Assembly: GCF_964204645.1 (NCBI RefSeq) | Contig: NC_134031.1 | Location: forward strand, 21,087,910 to 21,151,909 | Length of the DNA stretch: 64,000 bases | Direction: 5' to 3' | From: Tubulanus polymorphus | Lineage: Eukaryota > Animalia > Nemertea | Shown here: positions 1-13,500 of the stretch, piece by piece | How the letters are laid out: every line of letters starts with the position of its first letter | Numbering within the stretch: position 1 is the stretch's first letter | Notes under the pieces: generated by a model | The model's database searches: none | Seen by the model: only the letters and a program-made list of their open reading frames with translations | What the model was told of the DNA's origin: nothing | Made by a program: the position numbers and the translations under genes

Positions 1-3000
1 GGAGACGAATCGGAGACGGTGAGAAAGAGGAACCAATAGGGATTCGATGAGAGGTATTAGTACGGTTACGCTACGTGTATTTTACGCAATAAATGAATGA
101 TGTTTTAATGGAATGTTGCGACGCTCTATGAATCGACGATCGAATATCAACTGGATACCCTGCGGAATTCATCCATCCATCCGTCTGTCCATCTGTCCTT
201 CATCTACATGAGAAATCAATCTCGTTACTGTTTACGTTTACATACATGTATTTTCAATTAGTCTTTTCTTCCGGTTGAAGTCGTTTGAAGTGTTTTTTTC
301 TTTATCTCGTTGATGTCAATAGATCAGACAATGTCGATGCTGCATTATTGGTCGATTAATGCGTCAATTTTGAGTGAGTTTCACGATAATGACCAATCTC
401 CGCATCATTCCATATCGCCATCTACTAACATTCACCACAATTTGTCGCTAGATTTCATAAATTTACCGAATTGAGTCCTGCCGACTTCCTCGAGATATAA
501 GCCACAATCACACGGAGACAATTGAATCACATTCATTGTTCCGGACCTAATTTGGCACAGGCCAAAAGTGTTCATGTGATCATGTGACTATAGTTTATTT
601 TGAACTCCAGCTGAAGGAAAGCTTTTGGGCTAATTTTTCTTTTCTGTATTGAGGCATTTAACCATATAGGTTTAACATACGGCATAATAAAAACTAACTT
701 ATAAAACTTAATAGATAACCGTAGCTTTTTGGAGCATTGAAAATATACGACTATTATCTCAACTGCACACGTCTTCAGTGACTTAAAATGTAGTATATGA
801 CATGGCATAAATCTTACATAAGCGAAAAAATGCTATATAACTGATAATGTGTATCAGGAAACCTATATAGCCTACAGGAAACTTCTATATAGTAGGTAAG
901 TGCTGTTAGTTATCGCTTACTGTAAATATAGCAATCTTCTTCACGCTGGGCAAACATTTGACAAAATAACAACACACCAGAAAATGCCTGAAGCAATGAA
1001 TACGAGGTTCAAGTGAGAAGCAAAAAACTGATGCTAACATCGAAATATAAACATTTTCGTTTTTGCACCTTATGCAAAAAAAGGCAGCCCTGGAGACAGA
1101 CTTGTAAAAACGAAGTCAGGACAAGGTCCACGTTTAAAAAGAGATACACGGAATACATGATGCACAGTTGTTTTTGTAACGAACAGCTCGATAATCAGCT
1201 TTGTAGCATCTTCACGAGGCTGGTTGGAAATATTTCTCCGAGCTGAATCCGAATATGGCTTCAGCCAAGTGGACTTGGATCTTTCTACCTCGACGCAAAG
1301 ATCAAGCATTATGTAACAAACGCCAGCAAAAGATGACTCATCATCGTCACCATCATCGCCCATCAACTAACGACAAATCCATACATGTCTGGGTACCGAG
1401 AGTCAAATTTTCAGGCCATTTACTTTGAACCGACGATGTTTTAGAACCCGGGGGAATTTCACGACGAAATTAAACCGTTTTTTTGGACAAATTCTTTTTC
1501 ATCTGCACTTACGCAAGATGACTACCAAATTTCAGCGATCCGGCCTAATCAAAAGAATCAACCTCACAAAGCGATTAATTATTGTCTACTGAAAAGTTTG
1601 AACTATTTTTTTAACGTAAAACCTTTTGTTACGTATATAGTCTTAGCCATTGCAGCTTTTATAGCTCATTAAAACTCGAAATACGCAACTTTTTCAAAGT
1701 TTCTCATTAAACTTTCAGTTCTACAATTTCAAAGATCGAGTACATGTCGAAATTATTCCCCATTCGATAATAATTTCTTTCGTTTGTTTTCGTTGAAATT
1801 TTCTTTCCAAAAGCAAAATTCGATCTTTTGTCCCCGGAACTTCGGCTTTGAGCTTTTATGTAACATTTGTCTTAATTAGCTGACAAAGAACTCGTAGTCT
1901 TTTTATAAAAAAAGAAAAACTGAGTAGAATTTAATCCAACGATGTTGCATTCATTTGATCACACAATCTTAATAAGTATTTTACATGGATGAAAACCACG
2001 CGACTTTTCGGAAATCAAAAGCCACAAAAAATTGGCCACACGAAAAACCAGAGCAAAAGTGCAAAACAATTTCGACACCTGGGATTTTTGAGAAGACATT
2101 TGTCGCCAAAGATCAAAGAGGCAATCTCATTTACATTTAAACACAGATATGGGGGTGAACCGCGAGGCTTCAGGAGTATAGTCACCGGTCGTTTCAAACG
2201 AATGCAGAAAAATTCAAACGTTCATTTCATCGTCCATTCATTTAACGCCACACGAGCACCGCAGAACGTGGAGCTCTTTAATTAACGGGCAAACAGCCCT
2301 AACAACCAACAACACAGGTTCAAACACATCACGCAACCGTGTGTACTAGTACTCTTCAAGGTCAGCGATTAAAAAAAAACAACGTCTGCTTACGATAGAT
2401 TATCATGGCTGAAATAATCAATACCCCCCCCTCTATTCACTGCTATATGAATGTCCTAATTCTTAGGTATAGATTTTACAATTGCGTTTCATTATTCATT
2501 ATTCTTTACAATCGATTTTTTTCAATAATGTCGTAATAATCCACGATGGTTGAACGATTTGAAATATAGATTTTGTCTGCGAACTTATCAAAAATCAATT
2601 GTTGAGTACAATCGAACCAGAACAATCTATGAAAGTCTGGACTAATGTCAAATAACCGACTGGCGGCCAGCTTCTAAATTATAAATGTCGAACTTTTAAT
2701 TACGTCATCCGGGTTGTTGAAAAATTTTTTCGTCCCCATTTTTTTACGATGCGATGATTAAACCTAAAGTGTCCTTCCCTTCATTCAATGATGAGGATAT
2801 GACAGGACACAGTTGAGCTAATGCTGACCTCGAAAAGGGATCGTAACAGATATAGTTCTAGTTCAAAGGTAGATTTAACAGTTCTATAAAAGTAGCAACG
2901 ACTTTGCGTTGGATTGTTAATCTCTGAATTGTAGAATGCAAAGGGAAAGCCTGCGTACATTCACAGATAATAAATTTGTATTGAGACAGTATCGTTTTTC

Positions 3001-3234
3001 CCACACGTGTGGTTTTAAGGTTACAATCGGTGAAAAAAATGTTGATACAAGAAACGTCATTCAAGGTAAGAGCCTTGAAATTATTGATATAATTCTAAAA
3101 GACAAGAGGAATTCTGCTTATGCTTAACCAGGATTTAATAGAAGATAAATAAATGTCTAATGTATATACCATAAACTTCCCTCGATTTGGACCTTTTGGG
3201 AGCCGTAAAAATATATCCAACTTGAGAGACATCT

Positions 3235-3435
3235 GAGTTGAACGGTTAACAGAGTTGAATGGTTATCGGAGTTGAACGGTTATCGGAGTTGAACGGTTAT
3301 CGGAGTTGAACGGTTATCGGAGTTGAACGGTTATCGGAGTTGAACGGTTATCGGAGTTGAACGGTTATCGGAGTTGAACGGTTATCGGAGTTGAACGGTT
3401 ATCGGAGTTGAACTGTTATCAGAGTTGAACGGTTA
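3235..3435. repeat. 17-bp tandem repeat (GAGTTGAACGGTTATCG)n, about 12 copies
   Basis: Directly visible head-to-tail units with degenerate first and last copies. Confidence 0.95.
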
Positions 3436-5126
3436 TATCCGACTAGGGCAGAGTCTTGTGTTTATAAGGAGGTAATAAAACTGATCCGATACAAAGTCCA
3501 ATCATAAGAATATCGAATATGCATCTTTTTGCATCATCCATTCCTTACACTTTGTTTTATATTTCAGGGTTCAAGCTGATCAAAGGGCAACAACAAAATA
3601 CGCGAGAGAATGAACATTTTGTGAAAATTACTCGGAGTGAAAATTTCCGGCAAACTTATCCACTTAACAGTCACATTACTGTCATTACGTAATCTTTTAG
3701 CTCCTGGGCAGAAACACGGGATTTTTGATCAACTCATTCTCACTTGTATTTAGAAGAAGTGTTTTGAGCTACGACTCACAAACTAAATCCAATCACACCC
3801 ATGACTGGACCCTCTTACTGCATCATCAAATTCCCTGTCGTGCTACCCAGTTTTTCTTAGATGAATTTTAATTTATTTAAACGAAATTAGGAAATGCTAT
3901 TTTTGAGTTTTATTCCAAGCGGTACGATGCAAGGTTGCATCATTGCTCCGAGGCACAAATATCGTATCGACGTTGACCTAGATGGCTTCCTTACGTTTAA
4001 ACGTATTCTCGTTCAGTCGGCAGATCTTTCGCGCATCAAAAATCTACCAACTTTTTCGACAAGAACAGGGAATGCATAATGAGGCCCTCGGGCTTTGAGC
4101 GGGCGCGTAATTTCTGCTCGGAAGTTATGTTGGAGCGTGATTTCGGATTCAATCCTCGTTTCGAAGAATTCAACGCCGCCAACGAAAACCGAGAGCGTGA
4201 AAACGAATTTATCCACGTCTCATATTTCATGTCGTTCGATTTGGCACCGGTCGCCGTGGCACCGGTCTCCGTGTGTAAAACCAACGCAGATCTTCTTTCT
4301 CCAGTAACTCACAACGTTATTTCCCTGGTGGGAATAAAACAGTTACCGAGGTAGATCAGAAAACATCTGCGAACGAACGAACGGACCGCGGAACAATCCG
4401 CAAACCCTATAGTCGATAACATTGTTACATAATCGTTCCAGATTTTCCAGAAGCGTTTCTATGGTAACGGGCAATGGGGGATCGATTTTAACGAAGCGAT
4501 CAGATGAAAAATAACCGATTCAATAAAAATACGCGCGTTTTAATAAAACGCTTTGGGTTTGTTTTTCTTTTGCAACGAACGATTTGTTTTTGAACAAGTT
4601 TTACATATGACTGAATAGATGCCATTTATTGACCTAATTAAATCTGACGGGCATTTCTATGAAGGAAGGAAAATGTTGTTGTAGCTATGAGCAAGAGGGG
4701 ATCTAAGGTCTGAGGGGTGTACCCCCGAAATAGGGCATACCACATAACTGAAAGGGTGCCCTGAAAGAAAGCTTATCGGAAAACATTAACTCATTTCGGA
4801 AATACAACTGTTTTAGGCATCAGTTCAACGTTTTTCATTTTCCCGTATAATTCCAGGGTAGCTTGAACATTTTTAGGGAATGCGTATCCCCTACACTCTC
4901 CCCTAGAACTCACCCCTGAATAGGGATAGAGGTTCTGACGTAACTAATTTATATACTAGCCAAATATTTACCACATCTTGGCTAATATTTGGTAAGCATC
5001 TTCCAAATGTAGTTATTTTATAGTCAAATGAAAGTTTAGGCTAGAATGAACGTATCCATGGAAGGAGAGGGATCCAAAATAGCAACTACTCATCAACATA
5101 TGTAATACTTTCAGTGCATACATATT

Positions 5127-5667
5127 GAGGATGGAGGGTTACACTATTTTGCGTATACACGGGGATGGAGGGTTACACTATTATGCGTGTATACGGGGAT
5201 GGAGGGTTACACTATTTTGCGTATATACGGGGATGGAGGGTTACACTATTTTGCGTATATACGGGGATGGAGGGTTACACTATTTTGCGTATATACGGGG
5301 ATGGAGGGTTACACTATTTTTTGATACACGGGGATGGAGGGTTACACTATTTTGCGTATATACGGGGATGGAGGGTTACACTATTTTGCGTATATACGGG
5401 GATGGAGGGTTACACTATTATGCGTGTATACGGGGATGGAGGGTTACACTATTTTGCGTATATACGGGGATGGAGGGTTACACTATTTTGCGTATATACG
5501 GGGATGGAGGGTTACACTATTTTGCGTATATACGGGGATGGAGGGTGACACTATTTTGCGTATATACGGGGATGGAGGGTTACACTATTTTGCGTATACA
5601 CGGGGATGGAGGGTTACACTATTTTGCGTATATACGGGGATGGAGGGTTACACTATTTTGCGTATAT
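5127..5667. repeat. 34-bp G-rich minisatellite (GGGGATGGAGGGTTACACTATTTTGCGTATATAC)n, about 16 copies
   Basis: Unit starts at 5161 and 5195 (34-bp period). Explains the repetitive ORFs 5125-5760, 5165-5548 and 5334-5669. Confidence 0.95.
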
Positions 5668-5760
5668 AGTACTGTCAAATTATATGAAAAGAAACATAAT
5701 AAAAATTCATTATCAGATCAGAAAGTACAAAAAATGCCTTTCGACTTAAATACACAGTAA

Positions 5761-5840
5761 TTCCACTGGTGATTGTGTAATTCCACTGATGATCGTCAAA
5801 TTCCACTGGTGATTGTCAAATACCACTATTGATTGTTTAA
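5761..5840. repeat. 20-bp degenerate tandem repeat (TTCCACTGGTGATTGTCAAA-like), 4 copies
   Basis: Four consecutive imperfect 20-mers. Confidence 0.8.
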
Positions 5841-6172
5841 CAGCAGTCACCAAGATTTATGAAATGTCGAAATGCATTGTTATCACGAGTAAAAACCTAG
5901 AGGAAATGTAGGTCTATTGTGAAGCCACCATATATACATACATATATATATATATATATTCACAATACAGATACAACTTACAATTCAATATTGATGTATA
6001 AACATATTGTGAAATAATATCTCAGCGGAACAATCAATAATTAATCAGGTTCAAACACTTGGCATCGTTGACTGGCGACCCCCTTCCATACGTCGACAGC
6101 CTCATACGTGCGGAGTACTTTAGCACCGGCAAAAATACTGACTTATTGATTTATTGAAATTCAATTATTTCT

Positions 6173-6222
<50 letters not shown>
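6173..6222. repeat. (TA)n microsatellite
   Basis: Long TA run; shorter ones near 5930-5958 and 8212-8227. Confidence 0.95.
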
Positions 6223-7317
6223 ATGCTGAATAGCCATCGATTTTTCACACCATCATCTTACATGTTACTTTTTAAATATGTCTAGACTCTATTAATACAA
6301 TTAAGAATAGACTATTTAACATCGATTACAATAGATTTTAACCTAAAATGTCGCTACGTAGAAGATACTTGAATATTTGAGTCGAGGATTCTAACCCATA
6401 GAGGTATCCTAGTAGTCAATCAAACAAAGACAGGCAATATGTAGCCGCAACTGCTACTGAGATGCATAATATTGTAAAACTGCATATATAAATACGTATT
6501 TGAAATTCAATACCCAGTTTATTTGATAAAAAGCCAATAAAAATGATATAAAAAATATGGCAGTCAATTTATTATTGATTTAAAGTATGTACATGCAGAC
6601 ATGTATATACAGTACTTCAGACTAGAGCCTAGCCTGCACTAAAGTGCGATCCCAATTTTCCCGTCTATTCTAATGGAGTAAATGAGCGTACGGTTTCAAG
6701 CCATCTGGATCTAAAAATGAAATTTATCAGTCATAGAGACTCCAGAACTCGAATAGCTCTCGAATAGTGGGCGACTAAAGCAGGCATCATATTGACAAGT
6801 AAAACTATTTTTGCATTTGTACTTTTACATACTTAAAAATCCATTATTTTTCCAATTTGCGAATTGCATGAAAATTTCACGCAACAACAATGCGAATGCA
6901 ACAATGGATGGATGTCACCTATGCAGGCTATGCATCAACTGTATTTAAACCACAATTCTTAGAATTCTATAGAATTTTTGAATCTTACATAAGTCCCTTC
7001 AATATAGTGACGCAGGACGAACCCCTAAAATTACTCTTAAATTCCAAGTTTCCTGGGACAGGACCCACAGACCCCCTTCCAATTCTTGATGCCAACAACA
7101 CCAGATCTAACCTTCCATAATTCCTGGCGATATACCCAATATGCTAAATCAGATTTGTATACAGTAGCAGTTTACAATAAACAATGTCAACAACTGCATT
7201 CATTTTCCAACATGAAATCAATGAACGAATTGGGAAAATTTATTCCTAATCATTGAAGAATTGATTGATATGAGCTGGGAGAAAAAATCTGGAATTATAG
7301 CCAAGAATGTTAGCAAT

Positions 7318-7515
7318 TCCAGCAGTGGCCGAGTGGGTTAAGCCGCCGGTCACCGGTCTCGTCAATCCACGGTTTATGGGTTCAAACCCTGGTGGCGACA
7401 GAGTTTCTTGGTCGAAGGTTCTTCTCTGGTCTCTCCCCCATTGGGAAAAAGAAACATCTAACCCGCTTATAATGCCCTGCGTGGCGCTCATCGGGTTGAG
7501 GGTGTTAAAAAAAAT
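7318..7515 (+). mobile_element. tRNA-derived SINE, full length, with target-site duplication
   Basis: A box TGGCCGAGTGG (7326-7336), B box GGTTCAAACC (7379-7388), A-rich tail, and an exact 11-bp TSD ATGTTAGCAAT at 7307-7317 and 7516-7526. Confidence 0.9.
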
Positions 7516-10500
7516 ATGTTAGCAATACGGCAGAACCATTTCCAGTCGATTTGCCACAGAACTCTTTTTTAGAAAAAAATCTCTACAGCAATAGAAGAAC
7601 CTACATACACTGTGTGATTTTGGACGAGTGATTTTCATTCTAGTTGGTGAAAATTGCGGATAGAAGCATCTATTCTGTTTTGGGATATTTCATAGGCTTA
7701 GGCTAATTTCCAATTTAGATTAAAATCCACGTTTAACCGATAATCATAGAGCAGACTTTACAGAATATACATAAATTAAATTAATTCTTTACCATATCAT
7801 ACAGGATACACATATAATGATTATAATTCAATTATTGGCTCCTTTAGAAAAGAAGGAATAATTCGAAATTCAGGAGGAAGCTTCATTCATTCAATTCAAA
7901 CAATGCAAAGGCTTGAAGATATAAGTAATTTCTATGGATGGATGTTAGGTAGTTACAGTGAGGTAGAAGGTAAGATGCGTACACACAAACACCGCAGAGA
8001 GTTGGATAGTCATCAATATGGCTGGCGAATTAAAAAGCACACTATCAGATCAAGTGGATAGGTCAACAAAATCTAACTAAAAAATCTGTGTCATGGGGGG
8101 AAAATAGGACAAGTTATGTAACCTAACACTGGGTAGTAAACAATGAATATAAGTCAAGGGACACACAGCATTGAGAATCAGCCGAGGAATGAAATGAAAA
8201 CTACCGAAAAATATATATATATATATAGACTTACACGAAATCCGAGTAGTTGAATCTCGTTGCCATTGGTCAGTCTGATCCGTGATTGGTGAACCAGAGT
8301 TTTGCTAAGGTCGACCGCGGGATTCAGCATATCAGACAAGTTTTATTCGAACCCTTCTTCCCTCGCACGGCAACCAAAAAATCTACAACGTCGACCGAAG
8401 CAGTAAAAAATGCCGCCCAAAAAACACGCATTCAGTCGATTCAATCATAGAGGCCTACGCATTCCGGGCCCTCCGTGAATCTCGATGATCGGATTTCAAT
8501 TCTCGCGATAATTATCCGGCTTTCGTATATAATAATCCCAGAAATACCTTCACAGTCTAACGAACTCGGAGTCTGTAAGACTTCAATTTCAACTCGGCTC
8601 CACTCAACAAAAGTCTTCTTCTTTTACAATGGTATTCTGGTTTCTTAGGCAACGAAATCGACACATCCTTAAAAAGTCGCCCAACAACAATGAAACGTGC
8701 ATTCGGATCGTGAGCCGTAACTCATGTTTAGAAAAAAAATTGCGCCAATTTTTTCGATACAAACTCTTATTCGGATTTTTTATGCCGGTTATGTAATAGC
8801 AATGTGTTGGTGAGATATATGGAGCGCTATGCCAGGCGAGACACTCTTTACAGACGGGCTTATTATTGCGATAAAAAAGTACAAGGGGGCTAGCCGATAA
8901 AACAGGTTTTGCGAAAATGTAAAAATCTCTTTACACCTGCATTATGCACCCATAACTGACAATGCATTGTGCGGAATTCATTTATTTCGAAGGAAAGCCG
9001 ACAACAATCCCAAAGCAAGAATTACATTAACGAGCTAGACAAAAACTCCTCCCTACACGCTGCCACCCCTTCGCGAGTGAATGAGTACGGTCCCATTCAA
9101 AAATAACGTCTATTATGTAATACTGCAACGCCTGAAATTTACGCAGTAGCTGAGCCTGAATATTTTATCGATTTATAAAAGATGCCGCCGTTCTAGTCTA
9201 CCATCAAAATCTACACCGACCCCCATTTTTAAAGGTAGAACCTTATCGGAATCTAAATCGGCCCCGTAGATATACTACGGTCACATAGAAATACGTGATA
9301 TCAGATAAATATCGAACCAACGCCGATCGAATTGATTCAGGGTTGCCCTGGTGACGTAACCACCGAACGGACAGACGTGAGACGGTAGGGTCAAGTACGG
9401 ACAATGACAGACTGACGAATGGACGCGGGGACGATGGATTGGCCCGATTTTTCACATTCTCGCTACGTGCTAGTAATATAAAGCATACACGTAATAGCAG
9501 GCATATACACCACACACAGCGAGCGCCACCGACAATGAATGAATGAATAAGCAGCATTACGAAAGAACACAAAAATATCGACAAGAACGATTATCCTTAC
9601 CAGAAACGTAACTCTGCTGCGGAATATGTCGACATCTCGAAAGCCTTCATACGATGACCGTATAGCCCCGGTTTTTGGGCGATAGGCTACAATCCCGATG
9701 CGAGTCGAGCACCTTATGCTTCTATCTTCGGTTAAAAACGACATGAAGGTCCATAAAAATGTAATTTTTAATGAAGAAATGTCATGAAGAAGAAAAATTG
9801 CGCGGCCTTTAATAAATAAAAAGTGTCTAGTACCACCCCTTATCGTAATGCAATAAATATCGAATAATTATGTCGTCGTAAAACAGGAGAGGAGCTTGTT
9901 GAGATAGATCCGACTGGTATACTTCAGGTTAGACAACGACGAGAGTTAATTTTATGATACGAATTAAATAAACTCGCGTTTAAAAACTTCAATTGAGCGC
10001 ACGCACTCGACGTGACAGAAAATATCATTATCATATTTTGAGAATACCAAATCGAACGAGAGAATAGTTGTGGAGAGATGAAGTGAGAGAGAGAAAGAGA
10101 ACGCCGAGACTTTGATTGTTTCCTCGGGCTACGCTCTTGTTAAATTTACACATCAAAGCTTTAAAAAGAATGCTAAAATCGATGGGATCAAATATATGAA
10201 TAGAAAATTGATGACTGACGCGAGAGTGAAGAACGCATATTTTTGATGTGGCAAACTTTTTTTCGAAACGGCGCAATCAAGAACAGCCAATCACGGAGTG
10301 ATTGTGAAATAGATATGTACCGTTTTACGAGTATAACAGACCGTTGTATTATAAACAGATAGACAGAATGAAAAGCCATATTCTCATCATATATTTATCA
10401 GAATGAGGGGGGTTTAATCTATATATAATACTATTGTACAAACACTCGGCATGGTTTGATGCAATCTATGTGATGAACTATAACTCGATGTTCTGACGTT

Positions 10501-13500
10501 TTGTCAAACAGGAAACACCAACTACTGTGACGTATCCCCTTCGCCAAAACCAGCCGTCAGATTTAAGATCTCTGGAATTTTCATGATATTTCACATCCTT
10601 TTACTATCGACTTTTCAAAAAATCACCAGGATTTTTCTAATTTGTTCGCATGCCTGATTACATTTTTTTTCGTGTCAAGGAACAAAAACCTAACATTTAC
10701 TGATCATAATTCGGACGGATCGAATTACTTGAATTTTCACGCAGCTATGGATAAAAAGGCTAACAAATATTGCGACCAAATTTTTCGCACATTTTCATAT
10801 TTCTTTTTTTCATATTTTGAAAGCAATTTTTTCACAACTTTTACAACAATCTAACTCTTTAACCCTTGAGATGCAGTCAGGTCCATATCTAAATAATCTT
10901 TGGGGAACAGCAAATTTTATAGAAATTTAAGAATACGAAATAACTACTCAACTATGTTCAAATTTAACCAAACCGATCTTGATCTTGAACTATAGATGAT
11001 TGTCACTCATTTATTTGATCGATTTATTATCAAAGTTTAATAAAATAGTGTGTTATGATCCAGGATTGTGCAGCCAGAAACAAATTGTCAACATTGATTA
11101 GTATCAGAGTCAAAACTGAATATTTGGACACTATGTTATAGTAGCTATAGTTGACGAGCTAAAAAAATATGAAGTTAAAATATGAATCATAGAAATGAAT
11201 TAAATGGGCAAATGTTTCGTGGAACTGTGCGAATATGTGGAATCCGATAAATAACCGACTGTCCGTCGTCGCCGTCGAGACATGCATAAATTGCAGCTGT
11301 GTTCGTTTTGTTGATTACATTACGTACCATTTTGATTGTAATTTTTAACGCGCGCAACAGTAAAATGACACAAAAAAATGACTTTGTTACGTGGCAAAAA
11401 AACAGGTGTCATCGCAGGGGGGCACAGCCAGCTGCTAACTGAACATTGATTACTGTATATTGAATGTCATACTTGAGAAGTGCATCGTAATTTACTTTCT
11501 TTAAAGCTGAAAAAAAATTTTATCTTGTTTCTCCTTAACTGCAAAAAAATTTGTAATCAGTTCATTTCTAAAGATGCCAGGTGTGTTACGTTAGCCTGAC
11601 CATAATTCTAAATAAAATTTATGTACAGGGTAGATAGGCGACCGGCTGACAGGAGAAACAAGGTATCAATATTTCAAACATCTAAGCCTATATACTGGGT
11701 ATAAGACCTATCCATCGATGCTATGTTTTAACTAACCACTAAATGGAAGGTCACTTAGCGCTTAAAGTATAGACGAGGCTCTATTGAATCAGTTCTCTCC
11801 ATTTAAACGCTACATCATCTAACGATTATGTATTTTTTTTGGGGATTTCTGACAACGACCCGAGGGAGAGATCATTGCCCGCACGATTTCAATTATTGCA
11901 ATACGAATAATTGTCAACAGAAGTTTACCTAGTAATGTAATGTGAATATATAATATACATAACTCGGGGCAGGTTAACGAGAGATTAACGAAGGAGGTGT
12001 TTATCTTTACACGAGGAAATAATTTTACCTGTATATCATTTCTTGCACAGACAACAATGTATAATCTTCTGCCGGCTGTTTAGCGTTTCATTTCCTCCTA
12101 GAGTTTAGTGAGAAAAAATTTCATTACTAAACAGCATTTCGTATTGTTTGGAAAAATGTTTGTTTCAACTTTTGGAAGACGTGGTTTTTACCCGCCTTTA
12201 AGGTATGCGAGTCGTTCAACCATCAACTGCACAGTCGTCGCAAAAATGACAGTCTCCGCCGCACACTTCACAATTTACCGTACTTCGGGCAATTGTAAAT
12301 CACTCACATTGTTGGCTTCTGAAGTCTTGGCGACAGTCATTATTGCTGACCAGAAATCCTTATGCGATCAGATTGCGCCGGGTCGTCCGTAGGCTGTACT
12401 CATATAATGAAGCTAGTTCCCACTTAAAATATATCGGCATCCATGAAAAATAGCCTCAAATCACATTCTTAGTATCCGGCAATATTAGTTACATGTCAAG
12501 AAGAATAGTCGTCTTACTTTAATTCAGGTTTCAGGCCTCCTCCGCAATGTTCCGCCGTGATTCACTGTTACGTTAATACAATTTCACTTCGAAACTATTT
12601 CACCGGCTGAAATTAAAGGACAGAAAGTTTGAGTTAAAGATCGTTTCCTCCATATTCCTGCAGGAGATCGGAAAACTTATTCATTGGACATCTTTTTATC
12701 TTTATTTTGTTTTAAACCTAATCAACAATTATACAAGAATCCTTGAACAATTGATAAATATATATTTTCCTGTTCAGTTACGTCTTACTAAAAAATCGAC
12801 GTATTTGTTAGGAATTGGTGCAGTTACCTTGGTAACTGGGCCTACCGGTTTATGTAATACTCTTCCTCTCCCCGAAAGGACGTAAGTTGTAAATGCCTGT
12901 GAGTGATATAACAACTTCCTTTGATAAACAGCTAGAAAATTAAATTCAAAAATTCCATTAGTCATCGTTCATGGCCTATGATTTAGATTTAATTTAGAAA
13001 TATTTCAAAATTTTTCAAAATCGTTCTAAAATTTCAGCGCCAGCATTTAAATTTTCAAAACTGAACCTCGTCTCACGACGAGAAACTAGTATTCACTAGT
13101 ATTCACTAGTATTCACAGGTTGCTCTGCTCGGCAATCCTCGTATCCCCTGGCATCATCTTTTGATGTCACATTTTCCAATATGCCCCGATGATCATCTCC
13201 ATTTTGACCTGTAGCTATCTACCTATACTACGCGATTAAACAGGGCAAACAAAAATGAAAAGCTAAGAGCAAACAAAATAGTACACGCAGTAGCAATCAT
13301 ACGAGCGAGTGGAATCTTCAACTAGCGCGGCTACTGACAATCTTTAATTCACCTACACTAGTAGCAGGCAGCGCCCCCAGCCAAACTTCTAGTGTGGGTT
13401 TCGTTAATTTAAAAAGTGCGACCACCACGGCAGAAAACTGTGTCACATTCACAATAATACAGTGCACTGGTCTAATCGACAGCCCTTACATGTGTCCCTA

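Noticed and set aside
1070-1366. 98-aa minus-strand ORF with an acidic N-terminus
   Set aside because: No recognisable domain and weak splice signals; it cannot be supported as an exon, although it is not excluded.
5125-5760. Repetitive 211/127/111-aa ORFs
   Set aside because: Translations of a 34-bp minisatellite whose period is not a multiple of 3; no splice or domain support.
7318-7400. Possible tRNA gene
   Set aside because: No proper cloverleaf; it continues into a tail with poly-A and a TSD, so it is a SINE head.
12829-13210. Possible internal minus-strand exons at about 12829-12931 and 13117-13209
   Set aside because: Open frames with some splice-like ends, but no homology I can recognise and a poor acceptor for the second; not supportable without transcripts.
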